Of a stretch of 64,000 bases of DNA, positions 49,089 to 57,651 are shown in pieces (positions within the stretch are counted from its first letter, which is position 1; the number at the start of each line of letters is the position of its first letter). Position numbers and translations under genes: made by a program. The notes under the pieces are model-generated. The model was not told the origin of the DNA. It ran no database searches and saw only the letters and a program-made list of their open reading frames with translations. Origin of the DNA: Treponemataceae bacterium (GTDB lineage Bacteria > Spirochaetota > Spirochaetia > Treponematales > Breznakiellaceae); NCBI GenBank assembly GCA_031549725.1, contig JAVBPH010000017.1:236-64235 (forward strand), in the 5' to 3' direction.

Positions 49089-49373
49089 TTATAAGCCAAA
49101 GGCATCCATTATTTTTTCAGCCGTGGCGTTCAGTACAGTGTCATTAATATATGACGGATCGTTAATTTTTTCTTTTAATTCAGCAATCCGGTCAGCCCTT
49201 ATATCCGATGCGGAGGAGACAATTTCCATGGCCTTATACAATCCTCCCTTTTCCATTGCTTCTGCGGACAAAGAAATAGAATCTGCCTTGTTCTGGGATG
49301 TGACCCTGTTATTTTGTCCCGTTTTCTTGCCGGGCTGAATGGGATCTATGGAACCTATCCTGTCGATCGTCAT
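49089..49373 (-). CDS. flgM: anti-sigma-28 factor FlgM
   Basis: About 94 aa from MTIDRIG. C-terminal FlgM pattern (IRADRIAELKEKINDPSYINDTVLNATAEKIMD). The track ORF extends to 49406. Confidence 0.75.
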   Translation of the reverse strand: MTIDRIGSIDPIQPGKKTGQNNRVTSQNKADSISLSAEAMEKGGLYKAMEIVSSASDIRADRIAELKEKINDPSYINDTVLNATAEKIMDAFGL

Positions 49374-49377
49374 ATTG

Positions 49378-50100
49378 CTAACCTGCCTTATTACCATTAT
49401 CGGCACTTTTGCCTAGATATTTAGTTTTTTCTTTTCCGGACACAAAAACCGAAAATTCCCCCAGCTGCTTATCGCGGCCGGCCAATTCCGACAAAACCTC
49501 CCCGGCGGAACCCCGGATATACTCTTCGTATAGTTTTGTCATTTCCCTTCCCACACAAACATACCGTTCATTATCAAGATCGGCAAGTTCTTCCAATAAT
49601 TTAACAATCCGGAAGGGAGATTCATATAAAACAAAGGCTGCTTCCAGGGCTAAAAGCTCCTTTAACCTGGAACGCCTCCGGCCTGGTTTGGGGGACAAAA
49701 ATCCCTCAAAAACCACGGTTTTATCCATTCCCCCGGCGACACTTACCAAAGAAGCAAACGCGGAAGGCCCGGGAATGGGAACCACATCATGGCCGGCTTC
49801 AGCTGCCAATCTTACCAGGACCGCCCCGGGATCACTTATTCCGGGTGTCCCCGCATCACTAGTATATGCCACATTTTTCCCGTCATCAAGGGCATTTATT
49901 ACCTTTTCTGCGGCGGTGCCTTCATTATGGGATCTTACGGAAATCAGCTTAGCCCTTACCCCAAGATGGTTGAGCAGTTTCAGTGTATGCCGGGTATCCT
50001 CACAGGCTATCAGGTCCACCGATTTGAGGGTTTCCGCTGCCCGGAGGCTAATATCCCCCAGATTGCCAATAGGGGTACCAACAATGTATAAAATAGCCAC
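49378..50100 (-). CDS. rsmI: 16S rRNA (cytidine1402-2'-O)-methyltransferase
   Basis: N-terminus LYIVGTPIGNLGDISLRAAETLKSVDLIACEDTRHT and SDAGTPGISDPG are diagnostic of RsmI. Confidence 0.9.
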   Translation of the reverse strand: MAILYIVGTPIGNLGDISLRAAETLKSVDLIACEDTRHTLKLLNHLGVRAKLISVRSHNEGTAAEKVINALDDGKNVAYTSDAGTPGISDPGAVLVRLAAEAGHDVVPIPGPSAFASLVSVAGGMDKTVVFEGFLSPKPGRRRSRLKELLALEAAFVLYESPFRIVKLLEELADLDNERYVCVGREMTKLYEEYIRGSAGEVLSELAGRDKQLGEFSVFVSGKEKTKYLGKSADNGNKAG

Positions 50101-50278
50101 AAATTAAGTATACTGGGTCATTGAAAATACGCCAAGCATCCGATATTAAAATACAACGGCGGTGATAAGGATGTTTTGTGCGGTTCCGGAAATAGGAGAC
50201 AGCCTGATCCGGGTTCACCGGCCTTAAAAGGGTATCCCCCAGGGAAATCCCTCTGTAAGGCATATATTGGGGTAGTTG

Positions 50279-50713
50279 ATGGGTTCGTATGTTCAAAGCC
50301 TGGTCCTGGTTATCATGGGAGTGCTTCTTCTCTGGTTTGGTTATTCTCTTTTCTCCAACCTTTCAAAAAACACCTCCTCCCGGGGCGGCAAAAAAAGGAG
50401 AAAACACGTTAAAGAGGGTGTTCCCGGAGCCCCCAGAACCTGTCCTGTATGCTCGGCATTGCTGGACCGGGGCGAACGGGTAAAATCCTCCGCCTTTCCT
50501 TCCATGGGAGGAGCCGACAGGCTGATGCACATCAGCGGCTGTCCCCATTGTCTTACCGGAGGAAGGCCCCGGAAATGCCCTGTCTGCGGGGTGATGCTGA
50601 AATCTGAAGAAATACTTATTGCCCGGATGTTTGAGAAACCAGGCCGTTCCCATGTGCATGTGCTGGGATGTACCCGCTGCCGGGGTCCCCGGTCCCAGCG
50701 TCCCAAAAGATAA
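50279..50713 (+). CDS. membrane-anchored protein with paired CxxC zinc-ribbon motifs (hypothetical)
   Basis: N-terminal TM helix, then CPVC...CPHC and CPVC...CTRC. ATG at 50279. The track uses TTG at 50276. Confidence 0.5.
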   Translation: MGSYVQSLVLVIMGVLLLWFGYSLFSNLSKNTSSRGGKKRRKHVKEGVPGAPRTCPVCSALLDRGERVKSSAFPSMGGADRLMHISGCPHCLTGGRPRKCPVCGVMLKSEEILIARMFEKPGRSHVHVLGCTRCRGPRSQRPKR

Positions 50714-50954
50714 AAGTTGCCTTTTGTATGTCCGCGGTAGTAAATTTATCTTGAGCTCCAGGGAGCATGGATGCCTTGCAGAATGTCAGACAGCCCTTGT
50801 TGATCAGCCTGTGGCCCTCCGGTTTCCTGGGGTTCCTTTTTGTTCTGATAATCAGAAGGGTAAAATACCGAAGTTTTTGAAAAAATCCACCATATTGATT
50901 TTATATTAGGTTCCCTAATCAGGTCTGGGCTGGTATATTCCAATTGAGGAATTT

Positions 50955-51497
50955 ATGGAAAATGTGCCGGTAAAACCCCGGTTAAGGGAATTATTTATTG
51001 TATTTTTCTCCATTTCCGCCCTAACCGTGGGCGGAGGTTATGCCATGATCCCGGTTTTTGCGGACCGGCTTGGCAGGAAAAAATGGATGGACGAGAAGGA
51101 ATTCTATGGTTTGTTTGCCCTGGGCCAGGCCGTACCAGGACCAATGGCCCTGAATACGGCAGTCCTGGTGGGACACCGCCTGGCGGGCCTGCCGGGGGCT
51201 ATTGTTTCCTTTTTGGGAATTATCCTTCCGCCTTTTATAACGATTATCCTGGTAAGCCTGGTTTTTTCCTGGGTCAGTGAATTCAAATTTGTTGCCGGTT
51301 TTCTCAAAGGATCCTATGGTGTGGTAATCGGGTTGGTGGCGGCCATGGTGGTGAAGATGCTGAAAACCCGGAAGTGGTCCATCCCGGAACTTTTCATTGC
51401 CGCCCTGGGGGCAACGGCGCTGTTCTTTTTTATCGAACATGCCCTGCTGATTTTTATTGGTATTGCCCTGCTTTGTTATGGAGTAAACCGGAAATGA
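50955..51497 (+). CDS. chrA: chromate transporter family protein (half-size, first of a pair)
   Basis: 180-aa polytopic ORF with the CHR motif (LTVGGGYAMIP...GQAVPGPMALN). Confidence 0.8.
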   Translation: MENVPVKPRLRELFIVFFSISALTVGGGYAMIPVFADRLGRKKWMDEKEFYGLFALGQAVPGPMALNTAVLVGHRLAGLPGAIVSFLGIILPPFITIILVSLVFSWVSEFKFVAGFLKGSYGVVIGLVAAMVVKMLKTRKWSIPELFIAALGATALFFFIEHALLIFIGIALLCYGVNRK

Positions 51498-52018
51498 ACC
51501 TTTTAGATCTGATTTTTATGTTTTTTAAAATCGGGGTTCTTTCTTTCGGGGGCGGATGGACCGTGGTAGGTCTGATCCAGCATGAAACGGTCCAGGGCGG
51601 ATGGCTCACGGATGTCCAGTTCAGCCAGATTGTGTCCATCGCCCAGGTAACCCCCGGCCCGGTGGCTTTGAATACCGCCACCATGGTGGGTTTTATGAGT
51701 TTCGGCTATTTGGGGGCAGTTCTGGCAACCCTGGCGGTGGTGGCCTTCCCCATGATGGGAATTGCCCTGGCGGTCTTTATTTCTTCCCGGCTGGAAGCCC
51801 GCCGGGAACGGATTATCCGGGCCCTCCAGGGGGCGACCCTGGCCATGATTGCCATGACCGTGGTAAATCTTTCCGTATCCTCCGCGGTAAACCCCATCAC
51901 ATTCATAATAGCCGCCTTAGCCCTGGGTTTCTCGATTTTTACCAAGGTAAATCCGCTGATACTGATTTTTGCATCGGGTATTTTTGGCGGTGTTATGGAG
52001 ATGCTCGGCCTTTTTTAA
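51494..52018 (+). CDS. chrA: chromate transporter family protein (half-size, second of a pair)
   Basis: 174 aa from ATG 51494 (ATGA overlap with the upstream stop). CHR motif (LSFGGGWTVVG...AQVTPGPVALN). The track ORF starts at 51374. Confidence 0.8.
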   Translation: MNLLDLIFMFFKIGVLSFGGGWTVVGLIQHETVQGGWLTDVQFSQIVSIAQVTPGPVALNTATMVGFMSFGYLGAVLATLAVVAFPMMGIALAVFISSRLEARRERIIRALQGATLAMIAMTVVNLSVSSAVNPITFIIAALALGFSIFTKVNPLILIFASGIFGGVMEMLGLF

Positions 52019-52020
52019 AG

Positions 52021-52085
52021 TTCCGGTGGTTGAGGCTTCTTGTCCTGAGCCTGTCGAAGGGTCGAAACCTCCTGTAAACGAGAAC
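52021..52085 (+). repeat. family A, degenerate fragment A3
   Basis: ttccggtggttgaggcttcttgtcctgagcctgtcgaagggtcgaaacctcc is recognisably related to the A unit but diverged. Confidence 0.45.
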
Positions 52086-52345
52086 TTTCCTAGGAATGAA
52101 TAATTCTTTTTTACCATCAATTTAATAAACCATAGAGGCTTTTTCAAAATGTCAAATTTTGAAAAAGCAACCTTAGATGTAAGTGCAGAAAGAATACTAT
52201 TTTATGTATGGGTATGGAAATAGCATTCTTTCTGCAAAAGCCTTTTTCAAAACTAACCGAGTTTTGAAAAAGGCTCCATATACAAATAATTTTCATACTA
52301 TTTTTCCGGGAATCCCGGAAAACCCCATTTTTAATCCGAATCCCC

Positions 52346-52373
52346 TAAAGCAGTTGATAAAAAAACCGATATT
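52346..52373 (+). promoter_or_regulatory. sigma-28 (FliA)-type promoter upstream of flaB
   Basis: TAAA (52346-52349), 15-nt spacer, aCCGATAT (52365-52372), compared with the consensus TAAA-N15-GCCGATAA. Lies about 195 nt upstream of the flaB ATG. Confidence 0.5.
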
Positions 52374-52565
52374 CAAATTGAACTGGAAAACTTCTATGCG
52401 CCCGTTGGGTCTCCATAGCTGCAATTCCAGATATCCTCACCCTTCCGGGAACGGGTGGGTCGAGGGTTCAAGGCACGTTTTTTTAAAAACACAGCATGGA
52501 TGCTGCAGTGCCGAATGCCGTCATGGGACGGCAGTGTGCTGAAAATGCCAAAGGAGTGAATATTT

Positions 52566-53426
52566 ATGATTATTAATCACAACTTAAGTGCAATGTTTGC
52601 CGACAGGTCCCTCAAGGTCACCCAGAATTATCTGGAAAAGAACATGGAAAAACTGTCGAGCGGCATGCGCATCAACCGCGCCGGTGATGATGCTTCTGGA
52701 CTCGCTGTTTCCGAAAAGATGCGAAGCCAGATTCGGGGTTTGAATCAGGCATCTACCAATGCCCAGAATGGTATTTCATTCATTCAGACAGCGGAAGGGT
52801 ATCTCCAGGAAACCCAGGACATCATGCAGAGAATGCGTGAACTGGCTGTGCAGTCTTCGAACGGTATTTATTCCGCAGAAGACCGGATGCAGATTCAGGT
52901 CGAAGTCTCCCAGCTTATCGACGAAGTAGACCGCATTGCATCCCACGCCCAGTTCAATGGTATGAACTTACTTACCGGCCGCTTTGGCCGTGAAGTCGGC
53001 GAAAACGTAATTACCGCTTCTATGTGGTTCCACATTGGTGCCAACATGGATCAGCGGGAAAGAGCTTTTATCGGCACCATGACCGCCAAGGGCCTCGGGG
53101 TCCGCAACGTGGGTGACGATTCCATCCTTTCACTGTCCTCTCCGGACAGTGCCAACCGTGCCATTGGAACCCTTGACGAAGCGCTTAAGAAAGTCAGCAA
53201 ACAGCGGGCTGATCTTGGCGCCTACCAGAACCGCCTGGAACACGCTATCCGCGGCCTCGATATTGGGGCCGAAAATCTGCAAGCCGCAGAGTCCCGCATC
53301 CGCGACACCAATATGGCTAACGAGATGGTCTGGTATACCAAAAACCAGATCCTCAACCAGTCAGGTACCGCTATGCTCGCTCAGGCAAACAAGAGGGGAC
53401 AAAGCGTACTCCAGCTCCTGCAGTAA
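52566..53426 (+). CDS. flaB: flagellar filament core protein (spirochaete FlaB flagellin)
   Basis: 286-aa [15 protein letters not shown]...[35 protein letters not shown]...C-terminal QAN...VLQLLQ is near-canonical spirochaete FlaB. RBS aaaggag. Confidence 0.95.
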   Translation: MIINHNLSAMFADRSLKVTQNYLEKNMEKLSSGMRINRAGDDASGLAVSEKMRSQIRGLNQASTNAQNGISFIQTAEGYLQETQDIMQRMRELAVQSSNGIYSAEDRMQIQVEVSQLIDEVDRIASHAQFNGMNLLTGRFGREVGENVITASMWFHIGANMDQRERAFIGTMTAKGLGVRNVGDDSILSLSSPDSANRAIGTLDEALKKVSKQRADLGAYQNRLEHAIRGLDIGAENLQAAESRIRDTNMANEMVWYTKNQILNQSGTAMLAQANKRGQSVLQLLQ

Positions 53427-53468
53427 ACCTCAACCGAGGTCTCTCCAGCAGGAGACGTACCGGGAAGG

Positions 53469-53505
53469 CGCCGTTCCGGCTTAGGCCGGAACGGCTTCTT
53501 TTTTA
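53469..53505 (+). terminator. intrinsic terminator after flaB
   Basis: gccgttccggc-ttag-gccggaacggc followed by ttcttttttat. Confidence 0.8.
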
Positions 53506-53541
53506 TCTGAACATCATAAAAACGGAAACCCTGTCATTAAT

Positions 53542-53705
53542 GAAGAACCCCGACGCAGAGCCTCGGTGCATCTTCGTTGTAGAGGAAATTATTATACAGG
53601 CTGAAGGGTTCATACCACATACAAACGTTTCAACCTTCATCCAGGGCGATAAAAAATCAACCGAGGCAAGCATCGTGTATGAACCCCAACAGCCTTCCAA
53701 TCAAA
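53542..53705 (+). repeat. family D element, copy D3
   Basis: Third copy of the 165-bp element. The first hairpin is degenerate here. Confidence 0.8.
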
Positions 53706-53923
53706 TTTGAATATCATTCACTTTTTTATATACTTAAAGTTATTATAGAATAAAATTATGTATAAATAACTATCAAGAATTCATCCCTGCCTCATCCTAA
53801 ATTGCCGCTTTGAATTTGTTTTGATCACATGCATAACCTTATTATTTTATAAAATGAGGCTTTTTTAAAAATAATCAAGTTTTGAAAAATGCTCAAACAT
53901 CAATTTAAAATTGGAGAAACGCT

Positions 53924-55420
53924 ATGAAACAAAAATGGAAATTTCTTTCAGCAACGGCACTTATTACTGCATTACTGGTATTTTTGACTGTAAGCTGCAG
54001 CAGTGTCGGTTCATCTTCGGACAGTACCGGAACAACTAAAACCGCAGGTTACCAGTTTACCAACGGCTATCCGGACGCAGCATCAATCCAGGGTTTATAC
54101 AATGATGCGGATTTGAACAGGGCGGTCACCGCATACCGGTTTTTCTACCCCACTGTTTCAGGAGAAGCTATTCTGAGGGGCAACACAGCAATCGGCGTGG
54201 TTCCGAATAAGGTATTCGGAACCCTCGACACAAAACCAATCCATTTGGGTTTTACACTGAATTCGGATACTCCCTATGCGCCTGTCCTGCTGGACCTGAG
54301 TTCCGGGCCTTTTGTGGTGGAACTGCCTCCGGGTTCATTAATTGTGGTAGCCCTTGATGTAAACCAGCGGTGGGTAGCCGACATGGGAATCCCCGGGCCG
54401 GATGCGGGTAAAGGGGGTAAACACCTGATTCTTCCTCCGGAGTACAAGGGTACTATCCCCACGGGTTACCATGTATGGAATTCAACATCAAATAATCTAC
54501 TAGTGGGCGTCCGGGCTTTACCCATGGACGGCGATGTTAAGAAAGCCATGGATTTAATTACCACCATCAAGGTGCACCCCCTCAATCCGGGAAGCGACTG
54601 GAAAGATCCCACCTGGGTGGATCTTACAGCCAAACCCCAGGATACCACCCCGCTGAAATGGGAAAATAACTTCCAGTTCTGGCAGATGCTATATGAAGTA
54701 ATTAACCGGGAACCGGCCTATCCGGGATATTTTACTCATTATGGTGAATTAGCTGCCCTGGGAATTGAAAAGGGCAAGCCCTTTAATCCCGATGCCAGGA
54801 TGAAGGGTATTCTGGAACAGGCGGCTATAATCGGGAACCAGCAGATGAGGGTCCAGTCCTTTGCGGACCGCAGGCCCGACAGGGTGGTCTGGCAGGACCG
54901 CCAATGGGAATGGGTAGGACTCCGGCCTGAAAATGGTGACTTTGCGACTCCTAATTATTCCGACCTTACTGCGAGGGAAGTGTGGTTTTATCAGGCCATA
55001 GGTGCTTCTCCTGCCATGTTCCGCAGACAGGCCGGATCAGGATCGGTGTACTGGCTGGGACTCCGGGATAAAAACGGTGTGTATGTGGACGGCGCCAAAA
55101 CCTACAAACTTACCATCCCCCAGCCGGTTCCGGCGCAGCTTTTCTGGTCGGTAACCGTATACGATTCGGATACCCGGAGCCAGATTAATTCAGGCCAGGG
55201 TTATGCCGCACTGCGTTCCATGTTTGAACTGAAGGACCTTGCAGGGGGCAATGCTCCGATCGAATTGTATTTTGGTCCAAAAGCACCCGCGGGCAAGGAA
55301 AAACAATGGATACAAACTATTCCCGGCAAGGGATGGTTTGTGTATTTCCGGGTATACGGACCCCAGGCACCTGCATTTGACGGAACCTGGAAACCCGGCG
55401 ATTTTGAGGACGTAAAATGA
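53924..55420 (+). CDS. DUF1254/DUF1214-type secreted lipoprotein (hypothetical)
   Basis: 498-aa ORF with lipobox LTVSC. The N-terminal DLNRAVTAYRFFYPTVS and the overall length resemble the DUF1254+DUF1214 family, from memory only. Confidence 0.55.
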   Translation: MKQKWKFLSATALITALLVFLTVSCSSVGSSSDSTGTTKTAGYQFTNGYPDAASIQGLYNDADLNRAVTAYRFFYPTVSGEAILRGNTAIGVVPNKVFGTLDTKPIHLGFTLNSDTPYAPVLLDLSSGPFVVELPPGSLIVVALDVNQRWVADMGIPGPDAGKGGKHLILPPEYKGTIPTGYHVWNSTSNNLLVGVRALPMDGDVKKAMDLITTIKVHPLNPGSDWKDPTWVDLTAKPQDTTPLKWENNFQFWQMLYEVINREPAYPGYFTHYGELAALGIEKGKPFNPDARMKGILEQAAIIGNQQMRVQSFADRRPDRVVWQDRQWEWVGLRPENGDFATPNYSDLTAREVWFYQAIGASPAMFRRQAGSGSVYWLGLRDKNGVYVDGAKTYKLTIPQPVPAQLFWSVTVYDSDTRSQINSGQGYAALRSMFELKDLAGGNAPIELYFGPKAPAGKEKQWIQTIPGKGWFVYFRVYGPQAPAFDGTWKPGDFEDVK

Positions 55421-55424
55421 ACCT

Positions 55425-55456
55425 CCGCGGGGTATTAAACCAGACTTCCGAATAAA
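55425..55456 (+). repeat. family F module, copy F2
   Basis: ccgcggggtattaaaccagacttccgaataaa, located between the stop codon and the terminator. Confidence 0.5.
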
Positions 55457-55469
55457 CCGGCCTAACAAT

Positions 55470-55510
55470 AAAAAACCCGCTGCAGCTTTGAAGCCGCAGC
55501 GGGTTTTTTA
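55470..55510. terminator. bidirectional intrinsic terminator
   Basis: aaaaaacccgctgcagc-tttgaa-gccgcagcgggtttttt between convergent genes. Confidence 0.75.
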
Positions 55511-55596
55511 TGAAAATAGGGGTTTTATCAAAACTCAGGTAGTTTTGATAAAACCCAATATATAATCCTTCAACCAGAATATTTTTCTTTCCAGGA

Positions 55597-55776
55597 TTAT
55601 ACCGTTTCATCCACCGTATTCCCTTCATAATCCGGAAGAGGAGCTTCCTCCGGGGCCTGTTCTGCAGGCTGTTCCGGGGGCGGCGGAGACTGAGTTTCAG
55701 GTTCCGGGGGAATCGGATCAAATTCCGGAGCAGGAACGGTAATCCCCAGGATTCCTTCGGCACTATCCGAGGCCAT
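55597..55776 (-). CDS. small acidic proline-rich protein (59 aa, hypothetical)
   Basis: ATG 55776 lies behind a strong RBS (taaggaggg). Sequence: MASDSAEGILGITVPAPEFDPIPPEPETQSPPPPEQPAEQAPEEAPLPDYEGNTVDETV. Low complexity, so coding status is uncertain. Confidence 0.4.
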   Translation of the reverse strand: MASDSAEGILGITVPAPEFDPIPPEPETQSPPPPEQPAEQAPEEAPLPDYEGNTVDETV

Positions 55777-55887
55777 ATTATCCCTCCTTATCAAAAATAT
55801 AAAAACCAGTTTTTCATACTGATTTATCCCTTTAAATTTAATAAGCTTTCCTAATTTGTGCAAATTAATGTACATTATTGGATTACC

Positions 55888-56337
55888 ATGATTATTATTA
55901 GCGCCTGCCTGGCGGGAACCCCCTGCAGATACAATGGAAAGGATTATCCCGTTCCGGGACTGTCCGAATTCGCCAAATCCGGTAAAACCATCACCCTATG
56001 CCCGGAAATTCTGGGCGGACTGGCGGTACCCAGGGAGCCCTGTGAAATAAGGGTATCCGGAACCGGATTATCCGTAATAGGAAAGGACGGAAAAGACCAT
56101 ACCCGGGCCTTTCACCTGGGAGCGGAAAAAGTCCTGGAAATCTGCCGGAAACACCACATTAAATCGGCCATTTTGAAGTCAAAAAGCCCTTCCTGCGGCT
56201 GCGGCATCATCTATGACGGCTCTTTTTCGGGCACCCTGACCAGCGGAAACGGCATTTGTGCGGACCTGCTCCTGAAAAACGGCATTTCGGTTTACACAGA
56301 GGAAAACTGGGAACAAATCCCAGCGGAATTACGCTGA
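55888..56337 (+). CDS. DUF523 family protein (2-thiouracil desulfurase-like)
   Basis: N-terminus MIIISACLAGTPCRYNGKDY and the later SPSCG are typical of DUF523. The track start is 55858. Confidence 0.75.
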   Translation: MIIISACLAGTPCRYNGKDYPVPGLSEFAKSGKTITLCPEILGGLAVPREPCEIRVSGTGLSVIGKDGKDHTRAFHLGAEKVLEICRKHHIKSAILKSKSPSCGCGIIYDGSFSGTLTSGNGICADLLLKNGISVYTEENWEQIPAELR

Positions 56338-56371
56338 AGGTCATTTCATAAAACCTTATTTCCTGCAGATC

Positions 56372-56456
56372 CCCTTCATGATTCGAGAGCCTCAGCACAA
56401 GTAACCCCAGGGCCCGGAGACTCCCGGTGGTTGAGGCTCCCGAAACCACCTGTGCA
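56372..56456 (+). repeat. family A, dispersed unit A4
   Basis: attcgagagcctcag...cccggtggttgaggctcccgaaaccacctgtgc, immediately left of B3. Confidence 0.7.
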
Positions 56457-56457
56457 A

Positions 56458-56638
56458 TCAAAAACCTTCTGCACGCTTTCGCGTGCGAGGCAGAGCAGCG
56501 AGGTTTGTTGGTTCTGTAAGGTATGGATTTTATGTGGGTTTAATACCCATACAATTTTCATTTACAAGATTTTTAGAACGCCCCAGAGCCTCGCACGCGG
56601 GAGCGTGCAGAAGGTATTAAACCCACTTGCGAATAAAA
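56458..56638 (+). repeat. family B element, copy B3 (uninterrupted)
   Basis: Full-length B copy. Provides the empty-site sequence for the C1 insertion. Confidence 0.85.
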
Positions 56639-56644
56639 ACTTTT

Positions 56645-56722
56645 TTATCACAAGGCCCTTCGAGAGCCTCAGGGCCCGGATGGAATCTCCCGGTAGTTGG
56701 AACTCTCGAAACCACCAGCGAA
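56645..56722 (+). repeat. family A, dispersed unit A5
   Basis: cacaaggcccttcgagagcctcagggcccgga...cccggtagttggaactctcgaaaccaccagcgaag, immediately right of B3. Confidence 0.7.
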
Positions 56723-56858
56723 GAAGATATTCTTTGATAAACTATGAAAAAACGGTATTTCCATCTACACAGAGGAGAACCGGCACCACGCCGGACAAAA
56801 CCCCATCCCGGCCCCAGCGGCCAGGACCGGGTAATTCTGGTACTGCGTATCCCAATGC

Positions 56859-56940
56859 CTGGGGAGGTGAACCCTGCCCGGGCGCATCCGCAGTGCCCGC
56901 AGGGCCGAGGACCGCGCCCGGCCAGGGTTTGCCTCCCCAG
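56859..56940 (+). other. long GC-rich stem-loop inside a GC-rich island
   Basis: ctggggaggtgaaccctg pairs with cagggtttgcctccccag (18 bp, two G-U wobbles on the plus strand only). ccgggcgc pairs with gcgcccgg. The loop is about 28 nt. It lies about 50 nt upstream of the rpmH promoter. Confidence 0.6.
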
Positions 56941-56992
56941 CGCGACGGTAAACCTCCATACCAGCCCATTACCCGCCCCTGACCGCACTTAC

Positions 56993-57021
56993 TTGACCAA
57001 GCTATTCAAATTCCCTATACT
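56993..57021 (+). promoter_or_regulatory. sigma-70-type promoter for rpmH
   Basis: TTGACC (56993-56998), 17-nt spacer, TATACT (57016-57021). Predicts a leader of about 105 nt. Confidence 0.5.
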
Positions 57022-57132
57022 CATACGTCTAGAATGCTTACAACTGTTTTGTCTATGTTGTTTTAGTTTTCGTGCCTTCCGGCACAGCGGAATGAAACAA
57101 GAACCTTTATATAGATGCAAGGAGATTCTCCC

Positions 57133-57288
57133 ATGAAGCGTACTTATCAGCCTAGTAAAGTTAAACGCAACCGTAAATTTGGATTCCGGGCCAGAATGAA
57201 GACCCGGGGCGGCCGCCTGGTTCTAAAACGGCGGAGAGCCAAGGGCCGGATCAAACTCAGCGTTTCTGACGAAAAGAAACCCTATTAA
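57133..57288 (+). CDS. rpmH: 50S ribosomal protein L34
   Basis: Not in the ORF track (51 aa). [39 protein letters not shown] is canonical L34. RBS aaggaga. Confidence 0.95.
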   Translation: MKRTYQPSKVKRNRKFGFRARMKTRGGRLVLKRRRAKGRIKLSVSDEKKPY

Positions 57289-57300
57289 ACGGAGCTGAAT

Positions 57301-57651
57301 CTGTCTTTCCGGTTTAGGCGGACAGAGAGATTAAAGGGAAGGGATCAGATTAAGGCAGTATTTGCCGGAGGCAGGGGTGTTTCATGTCCCGGTGCAAAAC
57401 TGTTTATTCTGAAAAATGAACTGCCGGTTAACCGCATTGCCTTTGCATTAAGTAAAAAATACGGCAATGCGGTGCAAAGAAACCATTCCCGCCGGATCAG
57501 CCGTGAAGTTTACCGGCAAATCCGGGATCGGCTTTGTACCGGTTATGATTTGGTTTTACTGGTTTATCCCGGAAGGGATTCATTTTCACTCCGGGTTGAG
57601 CAGTTGAATGTGCTTTTTTCTAAAGTCAATGTATTACTGGAAACAAAGTGA
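57301..57651 (+). CDS. rnpA: ribonuclease P protein component, non-AUG start
   Basis: The frame after the rpmH stop reads ...[24 protein letters not shown]...[13 protein letters not shown]... (RnpA pattern incl. the RNR-like motif). No ATG/GTG/TTG lies upstream of the conserved part. CTG at 57301 is 6 nt after GGAG, and another CTG is at 57295. Confidence 0.7.
   Translation: MSFRFRRTERLKGRDQIKAVFAGGRGVSCPGAKLFILKNELPVNRIAFALSKKYGNAVQRNHSRRISREVYRQIRDRLCTGYDLVLLVYPGRDSFSLRVEQLNVLFSKVNVLLETK

Noticed and set aside
56340-57132. Chromosomal replication origin next to rpmH, since dnaA/oriC is adjacent to rpmH in many bacteria
   Set aside because: No dnaA or dnaN is in the window. I found no cluster of TTATCCACA-type DnaA boxes and no AT-rich unwinding element here. 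The spacer is occupied by repeats and a GC-rich island.
56431-57136. Multiple overlapping ORFs in the GC-rich island (56431-56982 +, 56617-56988 -, 56742-56969 -, 56744-57136 +, 56765-56959 -)
   Set aside because: Open frames on both strands are expected from the high GC content. The translations are Pro/Gly/Arg-rich with no motifs, no RBS and mutual overlap.
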